A stretch of DNA of 50,399 nt from contig CAZWPN010000008.1 in NCBI GenBank assembly GCA_964635275.1, forward strand, positions 1 through 50,399, given 5' to 3'. A program made the translations under genes and the position numbers. Positions 39,410-49,308 of the stretch are shown here, piece by piece. Position 1 is the first letter of the stretch; each line of letters begins with the position of its first letter. The stretch is from an uncultured Victivallales bacterium (GTDB taxonomy: Bacteria; Verrucomicrobiota; Kiritimatiellia; UBA8416; CAZWPN01). The notes under the pieces are model-generated. The model was not told where the DNA came from. It worked only from the letters and a program-made list of their open reading frames with translations, and searched no databases.

Positions 39410-42400
39410 ATGTTCAACCCCGTTTCCAGTTCGGTGGATTTCAACGCGGCAGAATTGGACGTTCTCGATTTCTGGCGCCGGCACGATACGTTTAAGAAAT
39501 CGTTGGACCGGAATCGCGGGCAGGCGGAATTTGTTTTCTACGATGGGCCTCCTTTTGCCACCGGTCTGCCGCACTACGGACACCTTCTGGCAGGCACCAT
39601 CAAGGATATTGTGCCGCGCTACCAGACCATGAGAGGCCGATACGTCGACCGCCGGTTCGGCTGGGACTGCCACGGATTGCCCGTGGAATATGAGGTTGAG
39701 CAGTCCCTTGCGATCAGCGGTAAGTCCGACATCGAGAAGATGGGGGTTTCGGTTTTTAACGAAAAGTGCCGCGGGATTGTACTGCGCTATGCGTCAGAGT
39801 GGCAGAAGACCGTGACCCGCATGGGGCGATGGGTCGATTTCGAGCGGGACTACAAGACGATGGACCCCGGATATATGGAGTCCATCTGGTGGGTTTTCAA
39901 GTCGCTCTGGAACAAGGATCTAATCTACGAAGGCCGGAAGATTCTACCTTACTGCCCGCGGTGTGCCACGCCGCTGTCGAATTTTGAAACCAACCAGGGA
40001 TACGCGAACGTTACGGATCCGGCTATCACTGTGCGGTTCAAGCTGCTGGACGAGCCGGGCGCCTACCTGCTGGCCTGGACTACGACACCATGGACCCTTC
40101 CATCGAACATTGCGCTGGCGGTCGGCCCTGAAATTCCTTACGCGCGGGTTCAAGAGAAGAACGCAACATACTACATTGCAGCAGCCCGCGTTCCCGTCTA
40201 CTACAAGAAGGTCGGCTCGGACATCCAGATTACGGAGGTGAAGGGCAAGGATCTCGTGGGCCGTCGGTATGAGCCGCTGTTCCCTTACTTTGCTGCGCTT
40301 GCAGAGGGTGGGGCCTTCCGAGTTGTATCTGCCGATTTCGTTTCCACCGAAGATGGCACCGGTATTGTACATATTGCACCTGGCTTCGGGGAGGACGATT
40401 ACCGCCTGGGACAGAGCGAGAAGCTGCCTGTGGTGTGTCCGATTGACGACGAGTGCCGGTTCACCGCTGAAGTCCCCGATTACGCCGGTCGCGCGGTAAA
40501 GGAGACGGATGCTGACATCATGCATCGGCTGAAGCAGACCGGCGCGCTCGTGCAACGAGGGACTATCGAGCATAGTTACCCGCACTGCTGGCGGTGCGAC
40601 GCGCCGTTGATCTACCGTGGCATCTCCACTTGGTTCGTCCGAGTTGAGCAGATCAAGGATCGTATGACGGAGGCCAACCGCCAGATCAAGTGGATGCCGG
40701 AACATCTACGGGATGGACGATTCGGAAAATGGCTCGAAGGCGCACGTGACTGGGCAATCTCGCGGAATCGTTACTGGGGAGCGCCGCTGCCCATCTGGCG
40801 CAGCGAGGACGGCGAGGAGATCGTGTGCGTCGGGTCTATTCGCGAACTGGAAGATCTGACAGGACAGCGTGTTACGGACCTGCACAAACATTTTGTCGAC
40901 CAATTGCGGATTCCTTCCCGGGAAGGTCGCGGCGAGCTGCGGCGCATTCCGGAAGTGCTGGACTGTTGGTTCGAGAGCGGGGCAATGCCCTATGCTCAAG
41001 CCCATTACCCGTTCGAAAACCGGGAACATTTCGAGCGGCATTTTCCAGCGGACTTCATTGCCGAAGGACTCGACCAGACACGCGGTTGGTTCTACACGCT
41101 GATGGTGTTGTCCACAGCGCTGTTCGATAAGCCGGCGTTTCGCAGTGTCGTGGTCAACGGACTGGTGCTGGCCGAAGACGGACGGAAGATGAGCAAACGG
41201 CTCAAGAATTACCCGGATCCAGAGCAGTTGATTTCCAAGTACGGCGCAGATGCAGTGCGGCTGTACATGCTGAACTCGCCGGTTGTGCGTGCCGAAGATC
41301 TTCGGTTTTCTGAGGAAGGCGTAAAGCACCTCTTGCGGAATATCCTGATCCCGCTTTGGAACGCGCATAGCTTCTTCGTAACATACGCCAACATTGACGG
41401 ATGGAGTCCCGACGGGGCGCCGCAGCAGGCGAGCCCTAACGTTTTGGACCGTTGGATACGGAGTTCGCTTGAGAGTCTGGCGCAGTCGGTGACCGAAGCA
41501 ATGGATGCCTACGACCTGCAGAAAGCCGTTCGGCCGTTCGTCGGGTTTATTGACGATCTGACCAACTGGTATATCCGGCGCAGTCGCCGGCGTTTCTGGA
41601 AGTCGCAGGACGACGCAGACAAGGCGTATGCCTACGCGACGCTGCATCACGTCCTGATCGAACTGTCCAAGATTGCTGCGCCTTTTGTGCCGTTCATCAG
41701 CGAAACTATCTACCGGAATCTGCGCAGCGCCGCTGACCCTGAGTCGGTTCACCTGTGCTCATTCCCCTCCGCGGACGGGCGTCACCGTGATCCCGCGCTT
41801 GAGGATGAAATGGCGATGGTCCTGCAGGTTGTCAGGCTCGGACGCCTCCTGCGGGCGGAACATGAACTCAAGGTGCGGCAGCCGTTGGCAGCGATTCACG
41901 TTGTTTCCCGTCGGAAGGCGTTGTTGGAGCGCGTGCGTGCCTATGCGGACTTAATCGAAGACGAGTTGAACGTGAAGAGTGTCATGCCGGGCCAACAGGA
42001 AACCGCACTTGTGAATTTGAAGGCCAAGCCGGACTTCCGGAAGACCGGTCCAAGGTTCGGTGCCAGGATGAAAGAGGTCGCGGTTTCGGTGGGGCGTTTG
42101 GATGCTGCGGCTGTGGAACGAATCCTGGACGGCGCACCATGGGAAGCGTTCTCTGGCGATCCGGCATCGGCAATCAGCGCTGAGGATCTCGTGGTCGAGC
42201 GAAGTCCTAAGGAAGGGCTGGTTGTTGCCTCGGAAGGCGACGTTGTCGTTGCACTGGATACGAGACTATCGGACGCATTGGTCCGGGAGGGGCTCGCCCG
42301 TGAGTTTGTCAGCAAGGTCCAGAACCTTCGGAAGCAGGCGGGATTCGACGTAGCGCAGCGCATCAGTGTGCGGTTTTGCTCGAATGAGGTCATACGGGCA

Positions 42401-42547
42401 TCCATCGAGGCGCACAGGGACTATGTTTGCGCGGAGACATTGTGCGTCGAGTTGACCCCCGTTGCGGAGGCGCCGGGTGACGCAACACTCCTGGATCTCA
42501 ACGGTCATGAGTGTTCGACGGCGATCGTTCCTTGTTCTGGAAAGTGA
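39410..42547 (+). CDS. ileS: Isoleucine--tRNA ligase, type 2 (archaeal/eukaryote-like)
   Basis: FYDGPPFATGLPHYGH, GWDCHGLP, WTTTPWTLP, KMSKR, NWYIRRSRRRFW; 1045 aa with the IleRS2-type C-terminus (EGLARE..VQNLRK). Confidence 0.97.
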   Translation: MFNPVSSSVDFNAAELDVLDFWRRHDTFKKSLDRNRGQAEFVFYDGPPFATGLPHYGHLLAGTIKDIVPRYQTMRGRYVDRRFGWDCHGLPVEYEVEQSLAISGKSDIEKMGVSVFNEKCRGIVLRYASEWQKTVTRMGRWVDFERDYKTMDPGYMESIWWVFKSLWNKDLIYEGRKILPYCPRCATPLSNFETNQGYANVTDPAITVRFKLLDEPGAYLLAWTTTPWTLPSNIALAVGPEIPYARVQEKNATYYIAAARVPVYYKKVGSDIQITEVKGKDLVGRRYEPLFPYFAALAEGGAFRVVSADFVSTEDGTGIVHIAPGFGEDDYRLGQSEKLPVVCPIDDECRFTAEVPDYAGRAVKETDADIMHRLKQTGALVQRGTIEHSYPHCWRCDAPLIYRGISTWFVRVEQIKDRMTEANRQIKWMPEHLRDGRFGKWLEGARDWAISRNRYWGAPLPIWRSEDGEEIVCVGSIRELEDLTGQRVTDLHKHFVDQLRIPSREGRGELRRIPEVLDCWFESGAMPYAQAHYPFENREHFERHFPADFIAEGLDQTRGWFYTLMVLSTALFDKPAFRSVVVNGLVLAEDGRKMSKRLKNYPDPEQLISKYGADAVRLYMLNSPVVRAEDLRFSEEGVKHLLRNILIPLWNAHSFFVTYANIDGWSPDGAPQQASPNVLDRWIRSSLESLAQSVTEAMDAYDLQKAVRPFVGFIDDLTNWYIRRSRRRFWKSQDDADKAYAYATLHHVLIELSKIAAPFVPFISETIYRNLRSAADPESVHLCSFPSADGRHRDPALEDEMAMVLQVVRLGRLLRAEHELKVRQPLAAIHVVSRRKALLERVRAYADLIEDELNVKSVMPGQQETALVNLKAKPDFRKTGPRFGARMKEVAVSVGRLDAAAVERILDGAPWEAFSGDPASAISAEDLVVERSPKEGLVVASEGDVVVALDTRLSDALVREGLAREFVSKVQNLRKQAGFDVAQRISVRFCSNEVIRASIEAHRDYVCAETLCVELTPVAEAPGDATLLDLNGHECSTAIVPCSGK

Positions 42548-42636
42548 ACGGATAGACCCCGGCATACCGGCGATACTTCCGTGTCTCCGGTTGTGTGGCC
42601 CCGAGCAGCATCTTTTGTTTCATCTCTGAGGCGTGC

Positions 42637-42665
42637 TTGACGGGGCGGGTATGGTAGTGTAGAGT
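42637..42665 (+). promoter_or_regulatory. Sigma70-like promoter of the DEAD-box helicase
   Basis: TTGACG-17 nt-TAGAGT. Confidence 0.55.
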
Positions 42666-42846
42666 CCGGGCCTTCGGTTCGGTCGGAATCACTTGCAGGA
42701 TCGCCTGTTTAGCCGCGGAACCGACGATTGGCCAAGGCTTCACAGGCTCAGTCTGCCAGGACGCCTTCAGCGCCGCCAATGGCGCAGCCCTCTTTTCTCC
42801 GCACGTCCGGCGGGCGAAAGCGATCATGACCGGACAGGAGATTCCA

Positions 42847-44349
42847 ATGAACAGTCATAAGCCGTCGTCTGCAAGTTATCATCCAGCCCACCGTGGGCCG
42901 CAAGCCCATAAGCCTGTGGTCGTCAACCGCGCACATCCGGTCCGTCATGATGATGCTCCTGCAAAGGCTCATCATGATCTCCGCAACGTTCCTCCGCATC
43001 ACGGGCCGAGGGCGCATGGGGAACTCCCAGCGGATCACGTTACGGTGCATCCCCCGATGAGTCACGCTCCGGCGAAGGGTGTTTTCGCCGACCTTATTCC
43101 GCCCCTGCAGCGGGCGGTGGCCGAGGAGGGCTATACCGTGCCCACGCCGATTCAGGAGCAGACCCTGACCCACCTGCTCGCCGGGCGCGATCTATTGGGA
43201 TGCGCGCAGACTGGCACCGGCAAAACGGCCGCCTTCGCGCTGCCAATTCTGCAGTATCTCAGTCGTGGGGCATGGACACCGTCCCGCGGGCGTCCGAGGG
43301 TTCTGATCCTGGCGCCGACACGCGAGCTTGCAATGCAGATCGGTGACAGTCTTCGCACTTACGGCCGGCATCTCAAAGTCTCGCATGTCGTTATCTTCGG
43401 AGGTGTGGGGCAGGGGCCGCAGGTTGCGGCATTGGGGCGCGGGGTTGATGTTGTCGTTGCAACGCCAGGGCGGCTGCTCGACCTCATGCAGCAGCGGCAT
43501 GTGAGGTTGGATGGGATTGAGGTATTTGTGCTCGACGAGGCGGACCGCATGCTGGACATGGGGTTTATTCGCGACATCCGCAGGATCATCGCCGCACTTC
43601 CGCCGAAGCGCCAGTCTTTGTTCTTCTCCGCCACACTATCGGATGACGTCGTCACACTGGCGCGGTCGCTGGTGCACAACCCGGTGCACGTCACAATAAC
43701 GCCGGAACGCCCTGCTGTTGAGCGGATTATTCAAAAGATGATGTTTGTTGAAAAGGCGAACAAAGAGGAGGCGCTGGTTGACCTCCTGCGTAATCCGCAA
43801 ATGAAGAGGGTTCTGGTCTTTACCCGTATGAAGCACGGCGCCAATCGCCTGACGGAAAGACTGGCGGACGCAGGCATCGAGGCCGCGGCGATTCATGGCA
43901 ACAAGAGTCAGGGCGCGCGCACGGAAGCGATGGCAAACTTCAAATCTGGCCGTGTGGCAGTACTGGTTGCGACAGATCTGGCGGCCCGCGGGATCGACGT
44001 GGATGGGATCTCGCATGTGATTAACTATGACCTGCCGGAGGACCCGGAGACCTATGTGCACCGAATAGGGCGAACCGCGCGGGCGGGTGCAGATGGCGAT
44101 GCGGTGTCATTGTGTTGTCCTGAAGACAGGGATTATCTTCGCGGGATTGAGAGGTTCATCCGTTGCCAGGTGCCGGTGGATACTCTCCACCCGCGCCACT
44201 CCGAGAATGCGATGAAGGCCACGGGCGCAGCGGCTAGACCGCCACCGCGTGGCACGTTCCGTGCCCGGAACACACGTTACGGTCATCCGCCAAGGCAAGG
44301 TGGGCACGCTTCCGCTCGCAGCGGCAGTCGTCCGTACGGGCACCGGTAG
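42847..44349 (+). CDS. DEAD-box RNA helicase (RhlE-like) with His/Pro-rich N-terminal extension
   Basis: Q motif [44 protein letters not shown]; ACAGGAG RBS before ATG 42847. Confidence 0.96.
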   Translation: MNSHKPSSASYHPAHRGPQAHKPVVVNRAHPVRHDDAPAKAHHDLRNVPPHHGPRAHGELPADHVTVHPPMSHAPAKGVFADLIPPLQRAVAEEGYTVPTPIQEQTLTHLLAGRDLLGCAQTGTGKTAAFALPILQYLSRGAWTPSRGRPRVLILAPTRELAMQIGDSLRTYGRHLKVSHVVIFGGVGQGPQVAALGRGVDVVVATPGRLLDLMQQRHVRLDGIEVFVLDEADRMLDMGFIRDIRRIIAALPPKRQSLFFSATLSDDVVTLARSLVHNPVHVTITPERPAVERIIQKMMFVEKANKEEALVDLLRNPQMKRVLVFTRMKHGANRLTERLADAGIEAAAIHGNKSQGARTEAMANFKSGRVAVLVATDLAARGIDVDGISHVINYDLPEDPETYVHRIGRTARAGADGDAVSLCCPEDRDYLRGIERFIRCQVPVDTLHPRHSENAMKATGAAARPPPRGTFRARNTRYGHPPRQGGHASARSGSRPYGHR

Positions 44350-44414
44350 CGGGCGCATTGCGGGGCTGGCAAAACGTCATAAGGGTGATAATCGCCATGT
44401 TTTGTAAACCGGGC

Positions 44415-44443
44415 TTGATTTTGTGCGGGCAGCGGACTATGTT
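44415..44443 (+). promoter_or_regulatory. Sigma70-like promoter of the small basic protein
   Basis: TTGATT-17 nt-TATGTT. Confidence 0.55.
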
Positions 44444-44480
44444 ACCGAACGCGTCTTCAACCAAACGGGGATAGGAACAA

Positions 44481-44687
44481 ATGGGTACAGGGTGGAAGTA
44501 CTACACGAAGGCTTCGAGTCGGCCCAAGAAAGCCGCCACGGATCGCAAACGTCGAGTCAAGGTTCAGACCAAGCGGCTGGCAAAAATGGGCATGAGCGGG
44601 GCGGTTCTTGCCAAGATGAATTCAAAGCAGATTCGCGAGTCGCTGAAGTGTCCGGCGAAGCTTAAGAAGCAGTTGGCGACGAAGTAA
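44481..44687 (+). CDS. Small very basic hypothetical protein (68 aa)
   Basis: AGGA RBS, candidate promoter, downstream hairpin; 21 K/R versus 2 D/E. Confidence 0.75.
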   Translation: MGTGWKYYTKASSRPKKAATDRKRRVKVQTKRLAKMGMSGAVLAKMNSKQIRESLKCPAKLKKQLATK

Positions 44688-44710
44688 TTTTTGCTTGGGT
44701 TGTCAGGTCT

Positions 44711-44756
44711 TGGCGCTTGGAGCATCGGCTGTGTGAGCAGGGCGCTCCAGGCGTTA
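44711..44756. terminator. Hairpin between convergent genes
   Basis: TGGCGCTTGGAGC pairs with GCTCCAGGCGTTA (with G-U pairs). Confidence 0.4.
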
Positions 44757-44781
44757 GCTGTTTTCGGCAGAGGCGGACAGG

Positions 44782-46821
44782 CTAATCCCATCGCGAGCGA
44801 ATCAGCGCTTTGATGTCCGGCGCATCCGGTCTTGGTTCCACCGTTTCGTCTGGACCGGCCGGTTGCGCGCCATCTCTATCCAGCGGATATGATCGGCAGT
44901 CCATCAGGCTGCGGATTTCGGGCGTGAAGAACCGGCACAGTTGCGGGTAGATATGCTTGTCGGTGAAGGCGCTTCGCCGGTGGTAGTACCGTTGGGGCCA
45001 TGTTACGTAGAGGTGGTCCCGCGCGCGCGTCAGCGCCACGTATGTCAACCGCAGTTCTTCCTCAATTTCTTCAGCGCTTCCGGTGGCCATATCGGATGGC
45101 AACATGCCGTCCGCCGCATGGATAAGGCAGACGACATCCCACTCGCATCCCTTGGCGGAGTGGATGGTGGAGAGCACAAGCCAGTCCTCGTCCTTGACCG
45201 GTGGGCCGGCGACATCCGCCGTTGACGTGGGTGGATCGAGTTGGATATCCGACAGGAAACTTCGACGGGAACGGTAGCCGGATGCGACTTGTTCCAAATG
45301 TTCCAGGTCATGACGCCGAGGTGGGGCGTTGTCGTAGAGAGTGTCCAGAAGCGGGTCATAGAAACGCCGGACGCGTTCTATCTGAGGGGCAGGGCCTCCA
45401 AGTTGAATCGGGATGATATCGCGGATCATCGTCACCAGGTTGCGCAGGAAATCGCGCGCGGCGGGCGGTGCAATGAACCTGTCTAAAGACAGCGGGTCGT
45501 CGCCGTTGTCTGTCACATGTGCAATGGCGCGTGCGGCCGCGGTGGGGCCGATGCCGGGCAGCAACTGGAGGACCCTGAACCATGCCATCTCATCCCGCGG
45601 ATTCTCCAGAATACGCAGAAAGGCAATCAGGTCTTTCACATGCGCAGCTTCGAGAAAGCGGAGGCCTCCGTACTTGTGGTATGGGATATTGCGGCGGGTG
45701 AGTTCGATCTCCAACGAGTCAGAGAGGTGTCCTGTCCTGAAAAGGACAGCCTGCTTCCGCAGCGGGATGCCGGCTTCGTAGTGTTCAAGTATCTGCCTGA
45801 TAACGAAGGCATCCTGCGCGGTTTCGTCAGCGCAGAGCACCAGATTGGGTCGTTCGCCGCCGCTGCGCTCGGACCACAGGTTCTTTGCGTAGCGACTGTG
45901 TGCCTGTCCGATGATTGCGTTGGTTATTTCCAGGATCGGCATGACCGAGCGGTAGTTCTGCTCCAGAGTGACGATCGTGGTGCCGGGGAACCTTTCCGGG
46001 AATTCCAGCATGTTCCTGACCGTCGCCGCCCGGAAGCTGTATATGCTCTGGGCGTCGTCGCCAACGGCCATTATGTTCCCGTTACGACTCCGCATGCCGG
46101 CCAGGATGTCTGCCTGGACCTTGTTGGTGTCCTGGTATTCATCCACCAGGATGTGGTCAAACCGTCCGGCTATGCGCTGCGCGAGGTCGGGTGCCTCGAC
46201 CAGCTGTGCCCAGTAAAGAAGAAGGTCGTCATAGTCGAGGACGTTGCGCGCCTGTTTCCGTGCCACATAGTTGCGGAAAAGCTCCTTGAGTTCCTTCTGC
46301 CATTCGGCACACCACGGGAACTGCCGCTTGAGAACCGTTGAGAGCTCCTCAGCGCCGTTGACGCAGCGCGAGTAGATGGCCAGGCAGGTGGCTTTGCGAG
46401 GGAACCGCTTTTCACGGCTGTGCAGGCCCAGTTCGTGACGGACCACGTTCATCATATCCTCGGCGTCGGCCTGATCCATTACTGTGAAGTCATCACCGAT
46501 ACCGGCGGCCTTGCCGTAGAGTCGCAAAAGCCGGTTAGCGATTGAGTGAAATGTTCCACCCCAGACCTTTCCAGTGTTTTGTGCGCCGTGTGGAACGACT
46601 TCCGAAGCGCGTTTCAGCATTTCCTCGGATGCGCGCCTCGTGAATGTGAGGAGCAGAATGCGTTCAGGGTCAACGCCTTGCGTGATAAGGAAGGCGACGC
46701 GACAAGCGAGAGTTCGCGTCTTGCCGCTGCCGGCCCCCGCGACTACGAGAAGAGGCCCGTCGCCGTGTGTGACGGCGCGTCGCTGGGCCTCGTTTAAATC
46801 ACTCAGCCACGGCATGGGCAT
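44782..46821 (-). CDS. UvrD/Rep/PcrA-family ATP-dependent DNA helicase
   Basis: LNEAQ, AGAGSGKT, TFT, TFHS, VDEYQDTN, GDDAQSIYSFR, QNYRS, STIHSAKG, YVALTRAR. Start 46815-46830 uncertain. Confidence 0.95.
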   Translation of the reverse strand: MPMPWLSDLNEAQRRAVTHGDGPLLVVAGAGSGKTRTLACRVAFLITQGVDPERILLLTFTRRASEEMLKRASEVVPHGAQNTGKVWGGTFHSIANRLLRLYGKAAGIGDDFTVMDQADAEDMMNVVRHELGLHSREKRFPRKATCLAIYSRCVNGAEELSTVLKRQFPWCAEWQKELKELFRNYVARKQARNVLDYDDLLLYWAQLVEAPDLAQRIAGRFDHILVDEYQDTNKVQADILAGMRSRNGNIMAVGDDAQSIYSFRAATVRNMLEFPERFPGTTIVTLEQNYRSVMPILEITNAIIGQAHSRYAKNLWSERSGGERPNLVLCADETAQDAFVIRQILEHYEAGIPLRKQAVLFRTGHLSDSLEIELTRRNIPYHKYGGLRFLEAAHVKDLIAFLRILENPRDEMAWFRVLQLLPGIGPTAAARAIAHVTDNGDDPLSLDRFIAPPAARDFLRNLVTMIRDIIPIQLGGPAPQIERVRRFYDPLLDTLYDNAPPRRHDLEHLEQVASGYRSRRSFLSDIQLDPPTSTADVAGPPVKDEDWLVLSTIHSAKGCEWDVVCLIHAADGMLPSDMATGSAEEIEEELRLTYVALTRARDHLYVTWPQRYYHRRSAFTDKHIYPQLCRFFTPEIRSLMDCRSYPLDRDGAQPAGPDETVEPRPDAPDIKALIRSRWD

Positions 46822-46836
46822 TGGATCCACCTGCGG

Positions 46837-47259
46837 TCAGTCCTGTGCCGGCTTCTGCGGGCCGTCATCATTGGATTTGGAGCTCTTTTCCTCGCTGTTG
46901 AGGAGGGAGTCCAGGCTGGCGAAAGGGGCAAAAGAAGAAGCGGGCCATGCGTTGCCTGCACCTGAGGCCTCGTGGCGACTCGTTGAAAGCGTCTTCTCGT
47001 GCTCATGGTCGTGGCAATAAAGGCACAAGAGTTCCCAGTTGCTGCCGTCAGGCGGATTGTGAGTATGGTCATGGTCACGGTGATGAACTGTGAGCTCTCG
47101 CAGCCGTTTACCTTCGAATTCGCGACTGCACCGTGCGCAGACGTGAGGGAGGACTTGAAGCGCACGGGCCCGGTAGCCCTGTTGGCGGATGGCAACATCA
47201 CGCCGGAGTTCGGACGAGAGTCGCGATCGTTCGTCAATGTTGAGAGGGCGAATTGGCAC
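46837..47259 (-). CDS. yajD: YajD-family HNH nuclease
   Basis: YRARAL...CARCSREF...LRELTVHH.DHDH..NPPDGSNWELLCLYCHDHEH; GTG start at 47259 inferred. Confidence 0.9.
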   Translation of the reverse strand: MPIRPLNIDERSRLSSELRRDVAIRQQGYRARALQVLPHVCARCSREFEGKRLRELTVHHRDHDHTHNPPDGSNWELLCLYCHDHEHEKTLSTSRHEASGAGNAWPASSFAPFASLDSLLNSEEKSSKSNDDGPQKPAQD

Positions 47260-47325
47260 GGTTGTATTCCCAGCGCGGGTACTCTTAGCAGGCCTGAGTT
47301 TCCGAGTCAACGCCGGTGAATGCCT

Positions 47326-47354
47326 TTGACAGAAGCCTTCTTCGTGCATAGTAT
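47326..47354 (+). promoter_or_regulatory. Sigma70-like promoter of the tol operon
   Basis: TTGACA-17 nt-TAGTAT. Confidence 0.65.
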
Positions 47355-47420
47355 GCGGCCGTCGCGCGAGTAGATTCGCGGGCTTTTTATGGGCGTGCAG
47401 GGGTGTAAGCGGAGAGCGGC

Positions 47421-48152
47421 ATGCAAGGGTTGGAATTCCTATGTGTCGGTAGCATTGTCAAGGCCTTCTGGCTATCCAACTTGGCTGGGCAGGTAATTGT
47501 TGTGATTCTGTTTGGCGGGTCGGTTCTGGCATGGGCGTTGATGCTGACCAAGTTGCGGGAACTTCGGGATGCGGCGGTCACATCGCGGCGTATGGTGAAT
47601 GCCTACCGCAAAGAGGGGACGCCGGTGGGACTGTTCGTGAAGCGGCAGCGGTTTGAGCCCAGTCCTGTATATGTGGTCTACGAGAGCGGATGCAAGGCGC
47701 TGGGTGCGGCAGTGCAGGCGTGCGGCGTCAATCCGGACGATCTTTTCATGGGCGCGGTCAGCAAGACCGACACACGGTTGACCGGACGTCAGGTGGATGC
47801 CGTGCGCAACCTTGTGGAGAGCACTGCGGCCGAGCAGTCGCTGCTGTTGGAGAACAACATGCATTGGCTTGCCATCTCGGTCAGCGCTGCGCCATTGCTT
47901 GGGTTGCTGGGTACAGTCTGGGGCATGCTGGAATCGTTTGGCATGATGACAGAGGGAGGGTCGGCCATGCTGTCCTCTGTAGCGCCGGGCATTTCTGGGG
48001 CTCTTTTGACAACGGTTATCGGCCTGTTGGTGGCGCTTCCGTCGGCCATCGGCTACAACCTGCTGGTGGATCGGATCAGGCGACTGGTCGTTGAGACCGA
48101 TAACTTTGTTCAAGAACTCATGGCAGACTTTGAGCGGCACTATCTACAGTAA
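47421..48152 (+). CDS. tolQ: MotA/TolQ/ExbB proton channel protein
   Basis: APLLGLLGTVWG, VAPGISGALLTT..GL.VALPS; first gene of a tolQRAB-like operon. Confidence 0.9.
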   Translation: MQGLEFLCVGSIVKAFWLSNLAGQVIVVILFGGSVLAWALMLTKLRELRDAAVTSRRMVNAYRKEGTPVGLFVKRQRFEPSPVYVVYESGCKALGAAVQACGVNPDDLFMGAVSKTDTRLTGRQVDAVRNLVESTAAEQSLLLENNMHWLAISVSAAPLLGLLGTVWGMLESFGMMTEGGSAMLSSVAPGISGALLTTVIGLLVALPSAIGYNLLVDRIRRLVVETDNFVQELMADFERHYLQ

Positions 48153-48169
48153 GGCGGTTGAGAGGCCAC

Positions 48170-48577
48170 ATGGCGCGCAGGCGAAAGCTAACGGCGATCA
48201 GGCCACTGAGCGAGATGAACTTGACCTCGTTCATGGACCTGAGTTTCCTTCTGCTGGTGACGTTTATCATCACCTACCCTCTAATGGAACAGGGAATACC
48301 CGTTAGTCTGCCAAAGGGCACGGCGCAGGAACTGCCGAAGCAGAGCCTGGTGTCGGTGACGGTGGACCGCGAGGGTCGCGTCTATCTGAAGGAACTCCCC
48401 GTGTCGCTCAGTGACCTGCCCGTCCGTGTGCGGGAGTTGAAGGCGCGCGATCCAAAGTTGACCGTTACCATCCGTGCCGATGAGCGGGCCAGCTACGGGC
48501 AATTGGTGAAAGTACTCAAGGTGTTCCACGACGAGAAGGTGAGCCGCTTGGCATTGGTGACGCAGGCGGATCGGTGA
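48170..48577 (+). CDS. tolR: TolR/ExbD protein
   Basis: EMNLTSFMDL.FLLLVTFII, V.LP, IRAD....YG. Confidence 0.9.
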   Translation: MARRRKLTAIRPLSEMNLTSFMDLSFLLLVTFIITYPLMEQGIPVSLPKGTAQELPKQSLVSVTVDREGRVYLKELPVSLSDLPVRVRELKARDPKLTVTIRADERASYGQLVKVLKVFHDEKVSRLALVTQADR

Positions 48578-49308
48578 GTGGTATGCAGGACAGGATGAGG
48601 CACTATCTCAAGATGGCAGGCTTAGGACACGTCGTCGTGCTTCTCGTTGCGCTGGTGGGTCCGTGCGTGGCCACGGCGTTCCGTCCGCAACGTTCGGTGT
48701 CCATCCCGGTCGAATTTACGGTCGAGCAGCCTTTGGCGCATGAGGACATTCTCGGATATCATCCCAAGCCCGTTGAAGAAGACGAACCCGAGGACATTCC
48801 GGAAACGGTTTCCAAGCCGCTCAAGACGGTTAAGCCTCGTACCGAGAAACCTCCGCCGAAAACGGTGGCCAAGCCGAAGACAACGGTGGAGCGGGCTTCC
48901 ACGCGTGTTGTGCGCGAATCTCCAGCGACGCCGACGACCCGGAAGCAACTAACGAACAAGGAAATCCAGGAATTGCTGATGCGGGGCGCAAAGCCCAGCG
49001 TCAGCACGCAAATTCCGGATCAGGAGTTTCTTGATTATGGTTTGGTTCGTCAGGTTCTTTACGACGCATGGATACAGCCGACCCGTGAAGAGGGCGGCGG
49101 GCGCGGGGTTGAGGTGGAGATACGGTTGCGTCGTGATGGTGTGATTGTTTCCTTTGATTTGATCCGTCCATCCGGCAACCCTGTCATGGATTCGTCGGTG
49201 ATGCGTGCGTTGCAGGCTGTGCCCCGCATTCCGGGACTTTCCTCTGCTTTTCTTGCCAAACATGATGTGGTGACGATTGCATTCAAGTTGGAGGATACGG
49301 CACTGTGA
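48574..49308 (+). CDS. tolA: TolA/TonB C-terminal domain protein
   Basis: N-terminal TM with His, P/K/E-rich linker, C-terminal W..P...V.I...DG...SGN..MD.S..RA. Confidence 0.8.
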   Translation: MSGMQDRMRHYLKMAGLGHVVVLLVALVGPCVATAFRPQRSVSIPVEFTVEQPLAHEDILGYHPKPVEEDEPEDIPETVSKPLKTVKPRTEKPPPKTVAKPKTTVERASTRVVRESPATPTTRKQLTNKEIQELLMRGAKPSVSTQIPDQEFLDYGLVRQVLYDAWIQPTREEGGGRGVEVEIRLRRDGVIVSFDLIRPSGNPVMDSSVMRALQAVPRIPGLSSAFLAKHDVVTIAFKLEDTAL

